A stretch of DNA of 64,000 bases from Roseibacillus sp. (GTDB lineage Bacteria > Verrucomicrobiota > Verrucomicrobiia > Verrucomicrobiales > Akkermansiaceae), in NCBI GenBank assembly GCA_965242925.1, contig CBDEUM010000034.1, forward strand, positions 1-64,000. Direction: 5' to 3'. Shown here piece by piece: positions 10,131 to 20,034 of the stretch (its first letter is position 1; each line of letters opens with the position of its first letter). The notes beneath the pieces were generated by a model. It was not told the DNA's origin. It was given only the letters and a program-made list of their open reading frames with translations, and made no database searches. A program made the translations under genes and the position numbers.

Positions 10131-11444
10131 ATGCGGCGTCGGAAATTCTTCGAGATGGGAGGGCTCTCCATCGGAGCAATTTCTCCCCTCGGGCTTTCCT
10201 TGCCCGAGGTGTTGGCGAACGAGGCCGCGGGTGGGGGGAAGAAGCAGATCAACGTCATTTTCATGTTTCTGCAAGGCGGGGCGAGTCACATCGATATGTA
10301 TGACATGAAGCCCGACATGCCTCCCGAGATCCGGGGGAAGTATCGTCCTGCTCGGACTAACATTCCCGGGCTGCACCTGTCTGAAAAACTGCCCAAGCTC
10401 GGGCGCTGCGCCGACAAATTCTCCCTGATTCGCTCGATGTACTCGTTCAGCAACAAGCACGGTCAGGGAGATGTGGAACTCATGTGCGGGAGCCCGATTG
10501 ACAAGAGTGTGCAGGCTCCGGGAATTGGAGCGGTGCTCAGCAGGCAACAAAATCAGCAGGCTTCTCTTCCTCCCTTCGTGCACCTTGGGAACATGAAGCA
10601 CCCGGCCCATAGCGCTCCCGGCTATGGAGGATATCTCGGACATTCTTACGATCCCTTCCTGATTAAACAGAATCCCAATTCGCCGGATTTTTCCATTCAG
10701 ACGTTTGCCTCGCCCGAGGACATCGGTGCTGATCGACTGGCGGATCGAGGGACTCTGCTCCGATCGCTGGACCGCTACCAAAAGGATCAGGAAAAGCAGC
10801 TCGAGTTCGCGCGAGATCACGACAGCTTCTGGGAAAAGGCCCTCAATCTGGCCACCTCGCACAGAGCAAAAGAAGCCTTCGATCTCTCAAAGGAACCGGA
10901 CAAGCTACGGGACGCTTATGGTCGTAATCAGGTTGGGCAGGGGATGCTGTTGGCGCGTCGCCTGGTCGAGGCCGGAACTCGGTTTGTCACCATCCAGGGC
11001 TATGTGGATACCGGCATCTACGCCTGGGACCACCACTGGGGTATCTTTCCTCATCTGGACATCCAATTACCCATTTATGACAACAGTTATTCCGCGCTCT
11101 TGAACGATCTCGATGAACGGGGACTGCTTGAAACCACTCTCGTGATCACGGCCGGTGAGTTTGGACGGACTCCCAAGCTTAATCAGAACAAGCGAGGGCC
11201 CGGGCGAGACCACTGGGGACGGTGCTTTAGTCTGACAATGGGCGGAGGTGGAGTTAAAACAGGGGCGTTGATCGGCGCCAGTGACAAGTATGGTGCCGTC
11301 CCTGCCGAACGACCCGTGTCCGTAGCCGATTTCGCTGCGACGGTCTATCACGCCCTGGGTCTCGACCCGCAGGAAGAATTCGTGACCAGTGGGCGCAGGA
11401 TGCGAATGCTTCCGGAGGGATCCGTCATCAAGGAGCTTTTCTAA
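10131..11444 (+). CDS. DUF1501 protein
   Basis: RRKF Tat-like start, FLQGGASHIDMYDMKP, LLARRLVEAG, WDHH, GEFGRTP, GRDHW; start uncertain. Confidence 0.92.
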   Translation: MRRRKFFEMGGLSIGAISPLGLSLPEVLANEAAGGGKKQINVIFMFLQGGASHIDMYDMKPDMPPEIRGKYRPARTNIPGLHLSEKLPKLGRCADKFSLIRSMYSFSNKHGQGDVELMCGSPIDKSVQAPGIGAVLSRQQNQQASLPPFVHLGNMKHPAHSAPGYGGYLGHSYDPFLIKQNPNSPDFSIQTFASPEDIGADRLADRGTLLRSLDRYQKDQEKQLEFARDHDSFWEKALNLATSHRAKEAFDLSKEPDKLRDAYGRNQVGQGMLLARRLVEAGTRFVTIQGYVDTGIYAWDHHWGIFPHLDIQLPIYDNSYSALLNDLDERGLLETTLVITAGEFGRTPKLNQNKRGPGRDHWGRCFSLTMGGGGVKTGALIGASDKYGAVPAERPVSVADFAATVYHALGLDPQEEFVTSGRRMRMLPEGSVIKELF

Positions 11445-11668
11445 CGAATGAACTATAGCTCAGCTGCTCAGGGCTCCTGGTAAACGCCATCCCCATGCTT
11501 CTCCACCTGGGCCGGAGCAATCACGGTAAAAAGACACTCTGTGAGCGGAAATCTGATCGTGACACTCTTCTTTGGGTTAGTTGAAGGGGCCCAGATGAAC
11601 TAGCGACGGGGAGGTTGACGCCGTTTTTGTTTTTCGTCCTTATGGGTAGCAGCGCCGGATCCCTGCGC

Positions 11669-11773
11669 CTCCGCATCAGGGCGCGGGGACTACTGCGCGC
11701 TAAAGCGGAAGAAGGCGGCGTTGTCTGACGACGCGAACTCAGGGCAGATGCTGCCATGGACCGCCGATACCGA
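11669..11773 (+). repeat. Collapsed element A plus orphan minus-strand C-terminal tail (class-2 flank)
   Basis: ctccgcatcagggcgcgggga, then minus-strand SVSAVHGSICPEFASSDNAAFFRFSAQ* (11773-11690). Confidence 0.85.
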
Positions 11774-11855
11774 TCCAGGGTTCACGGTGATGGTTGCGAA
11801 GCAAGGTTGGAGGGGGCGTCGCGGCGGCCGGTAATAGGGGGAACTCCAGGAGCGC

Positions 11856-12587
11856 CTACGGAACCTTCTCGACCCTGAGGAAGAGAGAGGGCCGTGAGGC
11901 CGTTTCCACCGTGAGGGTTGCCTTGCCGGTGTCATTCGTTGCGACAACAGCAGGGGTGGAGTTCTCGGTTGTAGGAAACGTTCCATTGCTCAGGTCCGTC
12001 GTGCTTTTCACCACGAAGGTAGAGTGAGGCGGACCGGTGATACTCAGGCTCAGGGTGGTTCCACTCAGCGAGAGGGAGCAGATTGCGGGAAACGCCACTG
12101 GTGTCTGGACCGGTGGTTCGACAGTGACCTTGCCGATCATGCCCCGGTGGCCTGAAATCTCGCAGTAATAGAAGATTTCCTTTCCCTCAAGATCTGCAGG
12201 AAAGGTGAACTCCGATGAGGAGTTAGGAGCTATTCTGTGGAGCCATCCAGGATCTCCGCTGCGCAGGACGCCGGACTGGCGAAAGGCACTGCCTTCCTCC
12301 AGGTCTCCGGAATACGTTACGGCGTTCGGAAAATCCGTATCGTTATGGGCGAAGACGAGCGGGTGCCCCCCACTGGTGCGGGTCAGCGTGTAGGTGACAC
12401 CCGAGCGAAGGGCCAGGGTGGGATTATTGAATCCGTTGACCCTGTAGTGAGACGCTCCAGAATTGCCCAGGTTGATCGAGGGGTCGCTCTCGTCGAAGGA
12501 AATCGTTTCGCCATGGGCGGGGAGCAGGAAGGAGGCCAGGAGCAGAGGGAGGGAACGGGTCACGATGCACCTTACGGCCTTTCCCAT
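11856..12587 (-). CDS. Secreted cupredoxin-like (type-1 copper) domain protein with C-terminal LFLRV tail domain
   Basis: Signal peptide ending PAHG; GHP...YYCEISGHRGM gives His/Cys/His/Met ligands; ends RPSLFLRVEKVP; start reassigned. Confidence 0.7.
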   Translation of the reverse strand: MGKAVRCIVTRSLPLLLASFLLPAHGETISFDESDPSINLGNSGASHYRVNGFNNPTLALRSGVTYTLTRTSGGHPLVFAHNDTDFPNAVTYSGDLEEGSAFRQSGVLRSGDPGWLHRIAPNSSSEFTFPADLEGKEIFYYCEISGHRGMIGKVTVEPPVQTPVAFPAICSLSLSGTTLSLSITGPPHSTFVVKSTTDLSNGTFPTTENSTPAVVATNDTGKATLTVETASRPSLFLRVEKVP

Positions 12588-12861
12588 TCCGTGCAAGGTC
12601 ATGGAGCAGCACCTGCCGGATCTGATCCCCTTATGGCCCCTCGAAGCCCCCACACACGCCACCGGTGGGGTGTCCCTGTCGTTTTGCCGGGTGGACAGGA
12701 GCCACGGAAAGCTGCGCAACAATCTCCTCGTCGAATATAAGAAGAATCGGTGAAGGGTAGCGCTCACAATGTCGCTTAGAACCTTAGCAATAGGCGTGAC
12801 TTGGACCCTATCAACGGGGGGAAGACTCCTGAGCGCTCTTGGCGAAGCCTGTCGCCACCCG

Positions 12862-15800
12862 CTACGGTGTGACGATCTTCACCCGGAAATATGCGGCACT
12901 TTGATTTTCAATCCGCCCGACCTCAGTCGTTGTACTCCATGCTTCTGCCGTGACGAACTCGGAGACGTCGGTCCAGGAGGCAGGGTCCATCCTCTCGCTT
13001 TGCTCCACTACGTAAAGTTCGCCCGGCACGCTTCGCCAGGTCAGCCGAACGCGCTGCGGACTGGAGAGCGTGATCTCCAGGATCCGGAACGGGCATTCGG
13101 AGGGATTGGCCTTCCCAGGTGTAGGGCTCGCAAGGCAAACCGGCTGGGTTCGCACTCCATCGGGCGTTCGCCCGACGCTGAGATCGGCATCCTGGGGGCC
13201 GAATTCCACGGCGTCGACGCGCACGCCCTCCGGCGTAAAGAGGCCAATGTGCTCGCCCGCACTGCTGAGGGAAAAGCCGGCGTGCCACTGGCCCCTGGCC
13301 GGGTCTTGTTGTGTGAGGTCACCGTCCAGCCAAATCAGCAGATACCCATCGGGCTCAATAATTGTGTCGACGGGAAAGGTCCAACGACTCGGAAGGTTCA
13401 GATCATCAGTCAGGGTGAAGCCTGCCAGATCGATGGGTTCGCTACCGGCATTGTAGAGTTCCAGCCAGTCTTCGAACCTGCCGTCGGCCGGGTCGGCGAG
13501 GGTTGACCGGTTTGACACCATCCATTCATTGATCACAATGTCGGGGCTTGTCGGATCGACTCCTCCCGTGAAGGTGACGGAGAACTGGGAAGTGGCCAAA
13601 TCGACCGGATTTCCGTGGCGATCAAATCCCTCAATCAGAAACTCATTCTCGGATTCGAAGAGTGGGATGGTGAGTTCCCATGCGGTGGGGGAGGTCCACC
13701 GGGGAGTGACGGCCACCCCGTTTGCTCTGATTTCCTGAATGGAAACCGGTGCGCTTCCCCGGATCACCAGTGGAGAAGAATCCGTTAAAATGCCCGGCGT
13801 TGAAGGGGTGATAATCTCAAACTCGGCCGCAACATTGCTTGCGAGTTGCTGCAGAATTAGATTCTGTCGTTGTCGCATGTAGGTCTTGATCGCACTCGGA
13901 GATTGGATAGTGCCGCCGAAACTGGTCCTCAGCGCGTTGTACTTCGTATCGACCAACGTTGAAACTCGCTCCGCCGTCATGGGACCGCGGGCGGCTTCTT
14001 CCAGGGTTCGCCAGTAGGCCCGGACAAACTCGGGGTGTTCATACATTCTACCCACGATTTCACGATCGCCATCGACCGAGAAGAACGGGATCGGGTTGGA
14101 GAGCGAAAAGAGGTTGGTGGACGCACGGTCTGCATAGGTCGAGCCACAACTGATATCGAGATCCCAGATCATGAGTTTCCACCGGTCGCCGGCGGGCTTG
14201 TAGGCATACATGTTCTGTCCGTTGCCATAGCCATAGCTGTCCCAATTCCCCACGATGTGTTCCACGGCAAGGATCCCCATCCATTGCTCGATATCGAGAA
14301 GTGACCGGACCCCTCGGGTGTAGGAGGCGGTGTCCTGGATAGCGAGGGTTTCCACCAACTGGAAGATGCTGTCGAAGGAGTTGGGGGAATTTCCAATCGC
14401 CTGCGGGGTCCAGTGCCAACGATAAGCGCTGGTCCGCAGACTGCCATCAGGATTAGACCTGCGCTCAAGGGTAGCAGGCAAGAGTCCCCAGAGGAGGCTA
14501 TTTGTGGCAGCGTCGTTGCTTTCGTAGCGTAGCTGGATCTTGAACAATTCTCCGGCGCTGTCTCCGGGGAACCACTGCCGCAGCATGTCGGAATTTGGCC
14601 TTTGGGTGTCTTCCATCACGGTGCCCCGGCGCACTCCATTGACAATCACGCTGACATAGCGGCGGTAGTTGAAGGGGAGCCCGAGTTGGGATGCGAGCCA
14701 ATAGGAAAACTGTTCGTGCTGCGCGGTGTTGTCCGGGGCGCCAGTCAGGCCCGGCCAGGAGAGAATGATCCGCGTCGCCCCGAGAAAAGACTCGTCGTCG
14801 TAGAAGCGGCAGGCGTAGTCACAGGGACCACCGGTTGGCCCGGTATAGTCGGGACTGTTGAAGAAGCTCCCGGAGTATTTGCCCCCCACGTTATAAAATG
14901 CGCGCTCACCATTGTAAACAAAGGTGACGTCCAGCGGTTCATTACTGGCCTTGCCCCGTGAGCTTGCGGTCCATCGACTGAGGGTGTTACGGGTGAACCA
15001 GAGCCGATAATCCCCGAAGCCCCTCGGAGTGGTCGAGTCTCCAAAGCGGACCAGGCATTCCTGCTCCGGCACCACCTCGGGAAAGGTGCCCATCGCGGGC
15101 GTGGCTTGATTGTCGTCTGTCGACTCAAGGTGAAAGGCCACCAGTCGACCGGTGGCTTGTCCGGGAATCGTTGCGGAATAAGTCCCGTCGCCCTCTCTTT
15201 CATCTGGAGCCAGGCCATCGTCCTTCATCATGATCTCGCCCGTGGCCCCTCCGCTGATATCGACCCGGTAACTCAGGATGACTTCTCCCACTCCATCGGG
15301 ATCACTGACCGCAGCGGTCACCGTTACGGGTTCGGATGCCGCTGGCAAAACGGGGGAGTGGGAGACATCGCGAATCACGGGCGGGCTGTTTTCAACCCAC
15401 CGGCTGTTTTGCAATCCAGGCGTCCCGAGGTTTCCCGGCAGTTGCGCCCTGCCCACCGCTTCCATGTAGTTGCCACGAAGACGAAACAGGATTTCGGAAT
15501 GGCCGCGCAGCCAGCGAATCCTGGCACGGATGGTCGCTTGTCCGGGGGCCGCCAGGCCGCTTGAAATGGTCTGGCGAATTCGGTTCGAATGAGGATCACC
15601 ACGACCGGATGCTTTTATGAGCAAGGTCCGGCTCCTGTTGCCGCTGGCCTCACGGTATCTCGATCTCTCGTGGTTCCCTTGAAAAACCCAGTCAGTGTCG
15701 GAGTCAAAACGGGCATTCCTCACGCGATTGCTCGAGCCAGGCCTGAACACCTCGACATCGTCGACCAGCATTTCTCCGGCAGCCAGGAGAAGGATCTGCA

Positions 15801-17328
15801 GAGAGGTCGGGGTCAATCCGGATATGCGGGACAGATCCGCAGTCACCTCCACGGTGGTCCATCGGGATTTCTCGGACTCATCACTGTCACCCCAGTTTTC
15901 CGCGAGGTCGTTGTCACTGTGGGGATCGATCAACTCGAGGCTGCTGCCGCCCCCGTCCGCCCAACGGTTCCTCCGGTTGGAATCCTGGTAGGTGACTGCG
16001 TCCACCAGGATGAGTGGGACTTCAAGCAGATCATCTGGAAAGTGCCATTCAGCAGGTCTCAGGAGCTTCAATGATTCTCCACCGTTGGACAGGTTACCTT
16101 CATAATCTCCCGTCGAGTTGGTGGCATTCAATTGAAGATGATTACTGCGGAGCCTGACCACGTCTTTGGCGATGACGAGGTAGCCCGAAGAGGGAATGGT
16201 TGTGCCCTGGGGGATCGTGTACTGGATCCCGCCCTCAATTCTCCAGTGGCTCACATCGACCGGACTTGCGCTGCGGTTGTAGAGTTCCAGGTACTCGTCC
16301 GCCTCCAATTCGGAGATCGCATGAAACATGATTTCGTTCATGACGATTGCAGGCTCAAGCGCTGGTCCGTTCCCTGATCCAGGGGAGGCAGTAGCCAGGG
16401 GCTTCCAGTTGAGGGAGCCATCGGGAACACGTCCTGAACTCGTTCCCGGCGAATGTGGCGAATACCGTATCGCATCCAGAACCCTGGTGTTCTCGGGATT
16501 CATGAGCGCCAGGAGGAACGGGCGTCCATCAAGCAGCAGGTCGGGAGCTTGGGCCGTGATCACAAGGAACTCCCCTGAAGCGAGGGTCGTGTCGGGAGGG
16601 ATCACAACACCGGGAGTGCGGTTCACCGAGAGCCGCATTTCGCCAAGCTCGATGGGCGTTTTTCCGCGGTTGAGAATTTCAACAAAGCCCATCCCGGGCT
16701 CAGTTGGATGACTGCTCACCTCGTTGATGACCACCGCGCTCCATGGCTCCGAATCCGATTCATGGTGCGTTCCGGGCGAGCCGTTTATGGTCTCACTTGC
16801 TGCCCAGGCCGCTGGATTTGATTCACCAAAAGAGGGGCTCGCCAGCACCAGAGAGTGTCCGAGGCCATCGGCCGCGAGCGGCCATCCGTCTCCGTCCTGA
16901 TACGGGATCTCGAGCAGAACCGCCCCGCTCGGATTGCGCAGGCGCACGGTCTCACCATCATTGGAGAGCTGACCGGCATAGGGTCCGAGAACATCCTGAA
17001 TGCCGAAGAGGGATTCAGAATCAGATGGTGAGCTGGCGACAACGAGAAAACCACCTCCCGGGATCACGGTATTGCCGGGAAACTCGAAATCTACTGCTCC
17101 GGACAGGCGATAGCCGGAAAGATCCTCTGCCCAGGGCTGCGAGTTATGGAGTTCGACGAACTCACCATCTAATCCATCAACTCGCTTCGACGGATGATAC
17201 ATGATCTCCGAGATTACGAATGGTGTGCGCCGGCTCGAAGGCCCCAGTGACTCACCGGCCTCTGCATTCCCGTGGAGCAGCAAGGTGAGAACAATGCCAG
17301 CGGTCGAGAAGGTGAGGGTGGGGGTCAC
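12862..17328 (-). CDS. Large secreted lamin-tail-domain / CotH-kinase protein
   Basis: Repeated ISEIMYHP/INE..S/EFVEL.N/DLSGY.L LTD motifs; VGNWDSY...NMYAY...IWDLD CotH motif; ends AAYFRVKIVTP. Confidence 0.88.
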   Translation of the reverse strand: MTPTLTFSTAGIVLTLLLHGNAEAGESLGPSSRRTPFVISEIMYHPSKRVDGLDGEFVELHNSQPWAEDLSGYRLSGAVDFEFPGNTVIPGGGFLVVASSPSDSESLFGIQDVLGPYAGQLSNDGETVRLRNPSGAVLLEIPYQDGDGWPLAADGLGHSLVLASPSFGESNPAAWAASETINGSPGTHHESDSEPWSAVVINEVSSHPTEPGMGFVEILNRGKTPIELGEMRLSVNRTPGVVIPPDTTLASGEFLVITAQAPDLLLDGRPFLLALMNPENTRVLDAIRYSPHSPGTSSGRVPDGSLNWKPLATASPGSGNGPALEPAIVMNEIMFHAISELEADEYLELYNRSASPVDVSHWRIEGGIQYTIPQGTTIPSSGYLVIAKDVVRLRSNHLQLNATNSTGDYEGNLSNGGESLKLLRPAEWHFPDDLLEVPLILVDAVTYQDSNRRNRWADGGGSSLELIDPHSDNDLAENWGDSDESEKSRWTTVEVTADLSRISGLTPTSLQILLLAAGEMLVDDVEVFRPGSSNRVRNARFDSDTDWVFQGNHERSRYREASGNRSRTLLIKASGRGDPHSNRIRQTISSGLAAPGQATIRARIRWLRGHSEILFRLRGNYMEAVGRAQLPGNLGTPGLQNSRWVENSPPVIRDVSHSPVLPAASEPVTVTAAVSDPDGVGEVILSYRVDISGGATGEIMMKDDGLAPDEREGDGTYSATIPGQATGRLVAFHLESTDDNQATPAMGTFPEVVPEQECLVRFGDSTTPRGFGDYRLWFTRNTLSRWTASSRGKASNEPLDVTFVYNGERAFYNVGGKYSGSFFNSPDYTGPTGGPCDYACRFYDDESFLGATRIILSWPGLTGAPDNTAQHEQFSYWLASQLGLPFNYRRYVSVIVNGVRRGTVMEDTQRPNSDMLRQWFPGDSAGELFKIQLRYESNDAATNSLLWGLLPATLERRSNPDGSLRTSAYRWHWTPQAIGNSPNSFDSIFQLVETLAIQDTASYTRGVRSLLDIEQWMGILAVEHIVGNWDSYGYGNGQNMYAYKPAGDRWKLMIWDLDISCGSTYADRASTNLFSLSNPIPFFSVDGDREIVGRMYEHPEFVRAYWRTLEEAARGPMTAERVSTLVDTKYNALRTSFGGTIQSPSAIKTYMRQRQNLILQQLASNVAAEFEIITPSTPGILTDSSPLVIRGSAPVSIQEIRANGVAVTPRWTSPTAWELTIPLFESENEFLIEGFDRHGNPVDLATSQFSVTFTGGVDPTSPDIVINEWMVSNRSTLADPADGRFEDWLELYNAGSEPIDLAGFTLTDDLNLPSRWTFPVDTIIEPDGYLLIWLDGDLTQQDPARGQWHAGFSLSSAGEHIGLFTPEGVRVDAVEFGPQDADLSVGRTPDGVRTQPVCLASPTPGKANPSECPFRILEITLSSPQRVRLTWRSVPGELYVVEQSERMDPASWTDVSEFVTAEAWSTTTEVGRIENQSAAYFRVKIVTP

Positions 17329-17433
17329 CGTTCCATGTTAGGAGAAATGTCACGGAACTGAAGGAGGGAATCAAATTACTCCCGGCGGCTGCAGGGATTC
17401 CGAAATGCATTGTCTGAGCAGATCGAACACACA

Positions 17434-17520
17434 TCCGCATCAGGGGCGGGAAACAGGCAGGGGGGTGGTTCAGCTTTTCTCCCCTGTCCCTGGGGGACGA
17501 TAGGGATGAAGAGACTCGTC
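17434..17520 (+). repeat. Element A copy with class-1 flank and truncated leader MKRLV
   Basis: tccgcatcaggggcgggaaacaggcaggggggtggttcagcttttctcccct...gggATGAAGAGACTCGTC, directly abutting element B. Confidence 0.8.
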
Positions 17521-17585
17521 GATTGTCAGCAAACTGCTTTCTCCGACCGGGTTTCCTTGAGCCTGAGGAACCGCCGAAGGAGGGG
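17521..17585 (-). repeat. Element B copy 3
   Basis: Reverse complement aligns without gaps to 8492-8556 at roughly 40/65 positions (manual count); direct repeat of 19114-19177. Confidence 0.75.
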
Positions 17586-17741
17586 CTGCAAACCCGAAAC
17601 GTCCAGGGCCGTTGTCGGGAAAAGGTTTTGGGAGGCGCCCTTATCAGTTACCTGCCCTCGGAGCGCGCGGTGGGACTTCCGAACAAGGTGGCCGCCCCAA
17701 AGGTCTGAAGAGCGCCGTGGCCCTTCATCGCAACTCCTTCA

Positions 17742-19100
17742 TTAACTCTGCGTCAGGCTGTTGATGTAATCCTCAAGATTCGTGAAACCGTCGTTGTTGT
17801 GATCCTTGATTCCATCGGCCGGATCATTGGGGTTAAGGCCCAATTTACGTTCCCACACATCGGGCATACCGTCTTGGTCACTATCGAAACCAGCCGGGCG
17901 TGCGACCGATGGATACATGTCCCAGCCGCCCACCTCGTTCTGCGAATCGATGACCTTGCCGGTTTTGTTGATGATGCTTTTGATGAGTCGCTCATCGACA
18001 GTATCACGCACCAATGAGCAACCGCTCTTCCTGAGGCACGATCGGTATGCTTTTTGGGCCGTTTCAATCCTTGTTAGCTTAAACTTGCCTGCGTCAAAAC
18101 GTGTTGAGGTCTCGAAGTGATTCCGGGTCGTGCCTGTATATTTAGAGCCATACGCGTTGTAGTTAATTGCAGAAAAATTGTCGCGGTTATATTCACTCGG
18201 TAAGCCCTCGAAGTAATTACCCGAAAAGTATCCGCGTGATACAGGCTCAGGTTCCTTGGTTTTATATTGAAGAGGGAGTTCTGCCTTCGTCATAGGACCA
18301 GCCTTATAGTAATTATTGATCAGATTGAATTTCTCACCTGAGATATTGTGCCCCGTGGTCCAATTGAAATCCAAGTTGTTGCAGAACTCAAAAACTTGAG
18401 AGCCACCCGAAGTCGAAGGGTGTCGGCTACGACTGGTGGCGTAGATGTTGTGATGTAAAGTCGCAAACCCTTCACTATCCCGAAAGGACGAGCACATCGC
18501 ATGCGCTTTTTCACGATGGAGGCCAGAGTCATGAAGCGCCTCGCTGAAGATCGACCACTGCACCGTCGTATGCTTGAGACCCCGGAAGTCGCCGTTGCCG
18601 TCGATCCCCCAACTTAGGGAAAGATGATCGAGGATAAGATGATCGTCATAGTCGACCGTGATGCAGTCTGGACTGGATCCGGCAGTCTTGTTCTCGTCAC
18701 CAGTGCGAATGCGCAGATAGCGAACGATAATATGACGGGAGTTCTTAATTTTCAAAGCTCTGTCGGCTAGCGTAATCCCTTTGCCTGGAGCGGTCTGGCC
18801 TGCAATCGTCAGATAAGATTTTCGGTTGATCTTCAAATCAGATTTTAGTCGGATGATGCCGCTAATGCCAAAGACGATCGTCCGTGGCCCCTTGCTCGAA
18901 TCGATGCCTTCCCTGAGTGACCCGGGGCCCGAGTCTTCAAGGGTGGTTACATGAAAAACGTCTCCGCCACGGCCCCCTTTGGTGAACTTTCCAGCACCTT
19001 CGGCGCCGGGGAAGGCGATGATGTTGGCATCTTGCCCGCCGACGATACCGCTCGCGATGAAATGCAGCAGTAGCAATGCTGCAATGGGTTGGATGCTCAT
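17742..19100 (-). CDS. Pectate lyase (PL1-like beta-helix), secreted
   Basis: AFPGAEGAGKFTKGGRGG, SGPGSLR, TIAGQTAPG, DHLSLSWGID, C-terminal DSDQDGMPDVWE; start reassigned from 19184 because the extension is element B. Confidence 0.9.
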   Translation of the reverse strand: MSIQPIAALLLLHFIASGIVGGQDANIIAFPGAEGAGKFTKGGRGGDVFHVTTLEDSGPGSLREGIDSSKGPRTIVFGISGIIRLKSDLKINRKSYLTIAGQTAPGKGITLADRALKIKNSRHIIVRYLRIRTGDENKTAGSSPDCITVDYDDHLILDHLSLSWGIDGNGDFRGLKHTTVQWSIFSEALHDSGLHREKAHAMCSSFRDSEGFATLHHNIYATSRSRHPSTSGGSQVFEFCNNLDFNWTTGHNISGEKFNLINNYYKAGPMTKAELPLQYKTKEPEPVSRGYFSGNYFEGLPSEYNRDNFSAINYNAYGSKYTGTTRNHFETSTRFDAGKFKLTRIETAQKAYRSCLRKSGCSLVRDTVDERLIKSIINKTGKVIDSQNEVGGWDMYPSVARPAGFDSDQDGMPDVWERKLGLNPNDPADGIKDHNNDGFTNLEDYINSLTQS

Positions 19101-19113
19101 CGGTATATTCCTT

Positions 19114-19177
19114 GATTGCCGGCAAATTGCTTTCTCAGGGCGGGCTTCCGTGAACCTGAGAAGCCGGGATGGTGGGG
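19114..19177 (-). repeat. Element B copy 4
   Basis: Reverse complement ccccaccatcccggcttctcaggttcacggaagcccgccctgagaaagcaatttgccggcaatc. Confidence 0.78.
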
Positions 19178-19180
19178 CAT

Positions 19181-19206
19181 GCAACGGATTGGAAATCCGT
19201 TGCTTT
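19181..19206. terminator. Perfect 9-bp hairpin, possible terminator
   Basis: gcaacggat tggaa atccgttgc ttt. Confidence 0.4.
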
Positions 19207-19388
19207 ATCCAGTTGGGCTACGGGAGAATGGGAGGGATTTTATGCGATGCGGGACGCTTGGCAAGACAGCTACACCTCCCCCACCAATCCCGACTTGTGT
19301 GGGTTGGCGGGTTCCGGTGGAGCGCTTGACAGCCAAGGACGGCCTCGATATCGGCGGGAAAGTTTGATTTGTTTGCCGTTCCTTCGGG

Positions 19389-19748
19389 CTATTTCTTCTG
19401 CAGTAGCGTGTTGATAACTTCCACAACCTTCGCCTTGCCGTAGTTGTGCCCTTCCACCGCGGTCACCAATTTGCCGTTCTTGTCCTTGGCGACGATTCCG
19501 TGAGTGGTGAGCTTCGCCTTCTTAATCTCCTCTTCGCTTTGGCCCTCGCCAACTTTGATGGTGGCGATCGTAATGTTCTTCCCATGCTTCTTATTCTGGT
19601 CATTCACGATGACCGTAATCTTGTTGCAGAGCACTCATCCATCGAAATAGTAGTAGGTGAAGGAAGCCTTGTTTTCATCGGCGAGGACCGTGGCCGTGAA
19701 GCTGAAGGGCGCCAGAAGAACCAACAGGAGGAATTTAAGAGATCTCAT
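19389..19748 (-). CDS. Probable exported thioredoxin-fold selenoprotein (UxxC)
   Basis: MRSLKFLLLVLLAPFSFTATVLADENKASFTYYYFDG-TGA-VLCNKI... is in frame with ORF 19389..19634; TGA at 19637-19635. Confidence 0.75.
19598..19614 (-). promoter_or_regulatory. Candidate bacterial SECIS hairpin
   Basis: GGUCAU cguga AUGACC; loop starts 26 nt after the UGA and has G at position 2. Confidence 0.6.
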
Positions 19749-19869
19749 TGGGGCCATCGTAGCAGGCTGACGGAACCGGACTAGTAGTCTTTTCGTGGGG
19801 GGCGGGAGAGTGTAGGCGCTTTCTCCGCACGATACCGGTGGGATTGGCTCTTTTTACGTCTTCCCACAG

Positions 19870-19920
19870 CCCCCGCATCATGGTGCAGGAACAGGGCGCG
19901 GGGTGGTTTGCTTGGCCCCT
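19870..19920 (+). repeat. Element A copy with class-1 flank
   Basis: cccccgcatcatggtgcaggaacagggcgcggggtggtttgcttggcccct. Confidence 0.9.
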
Positions 19921-20034
19921 GCAGCCGGGGGTGGCAGCAAGAGGACGGCATGGAAAAGGGGGGAATTATTATGATCGCAGGAGCTCCGATTGACACCCGC
20001 CGATCCAGACTGCCAAATGCCCGGTGCGTAGCGG

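Noticed and set aside
11669..11693. GTAG-type REP (GTAG before a hairpin on the minus strand)
   Set aside because: The GTAG comes from the CAG-TAG codons of the orphan tail and is absent from most copies; no RAYT gene is present.
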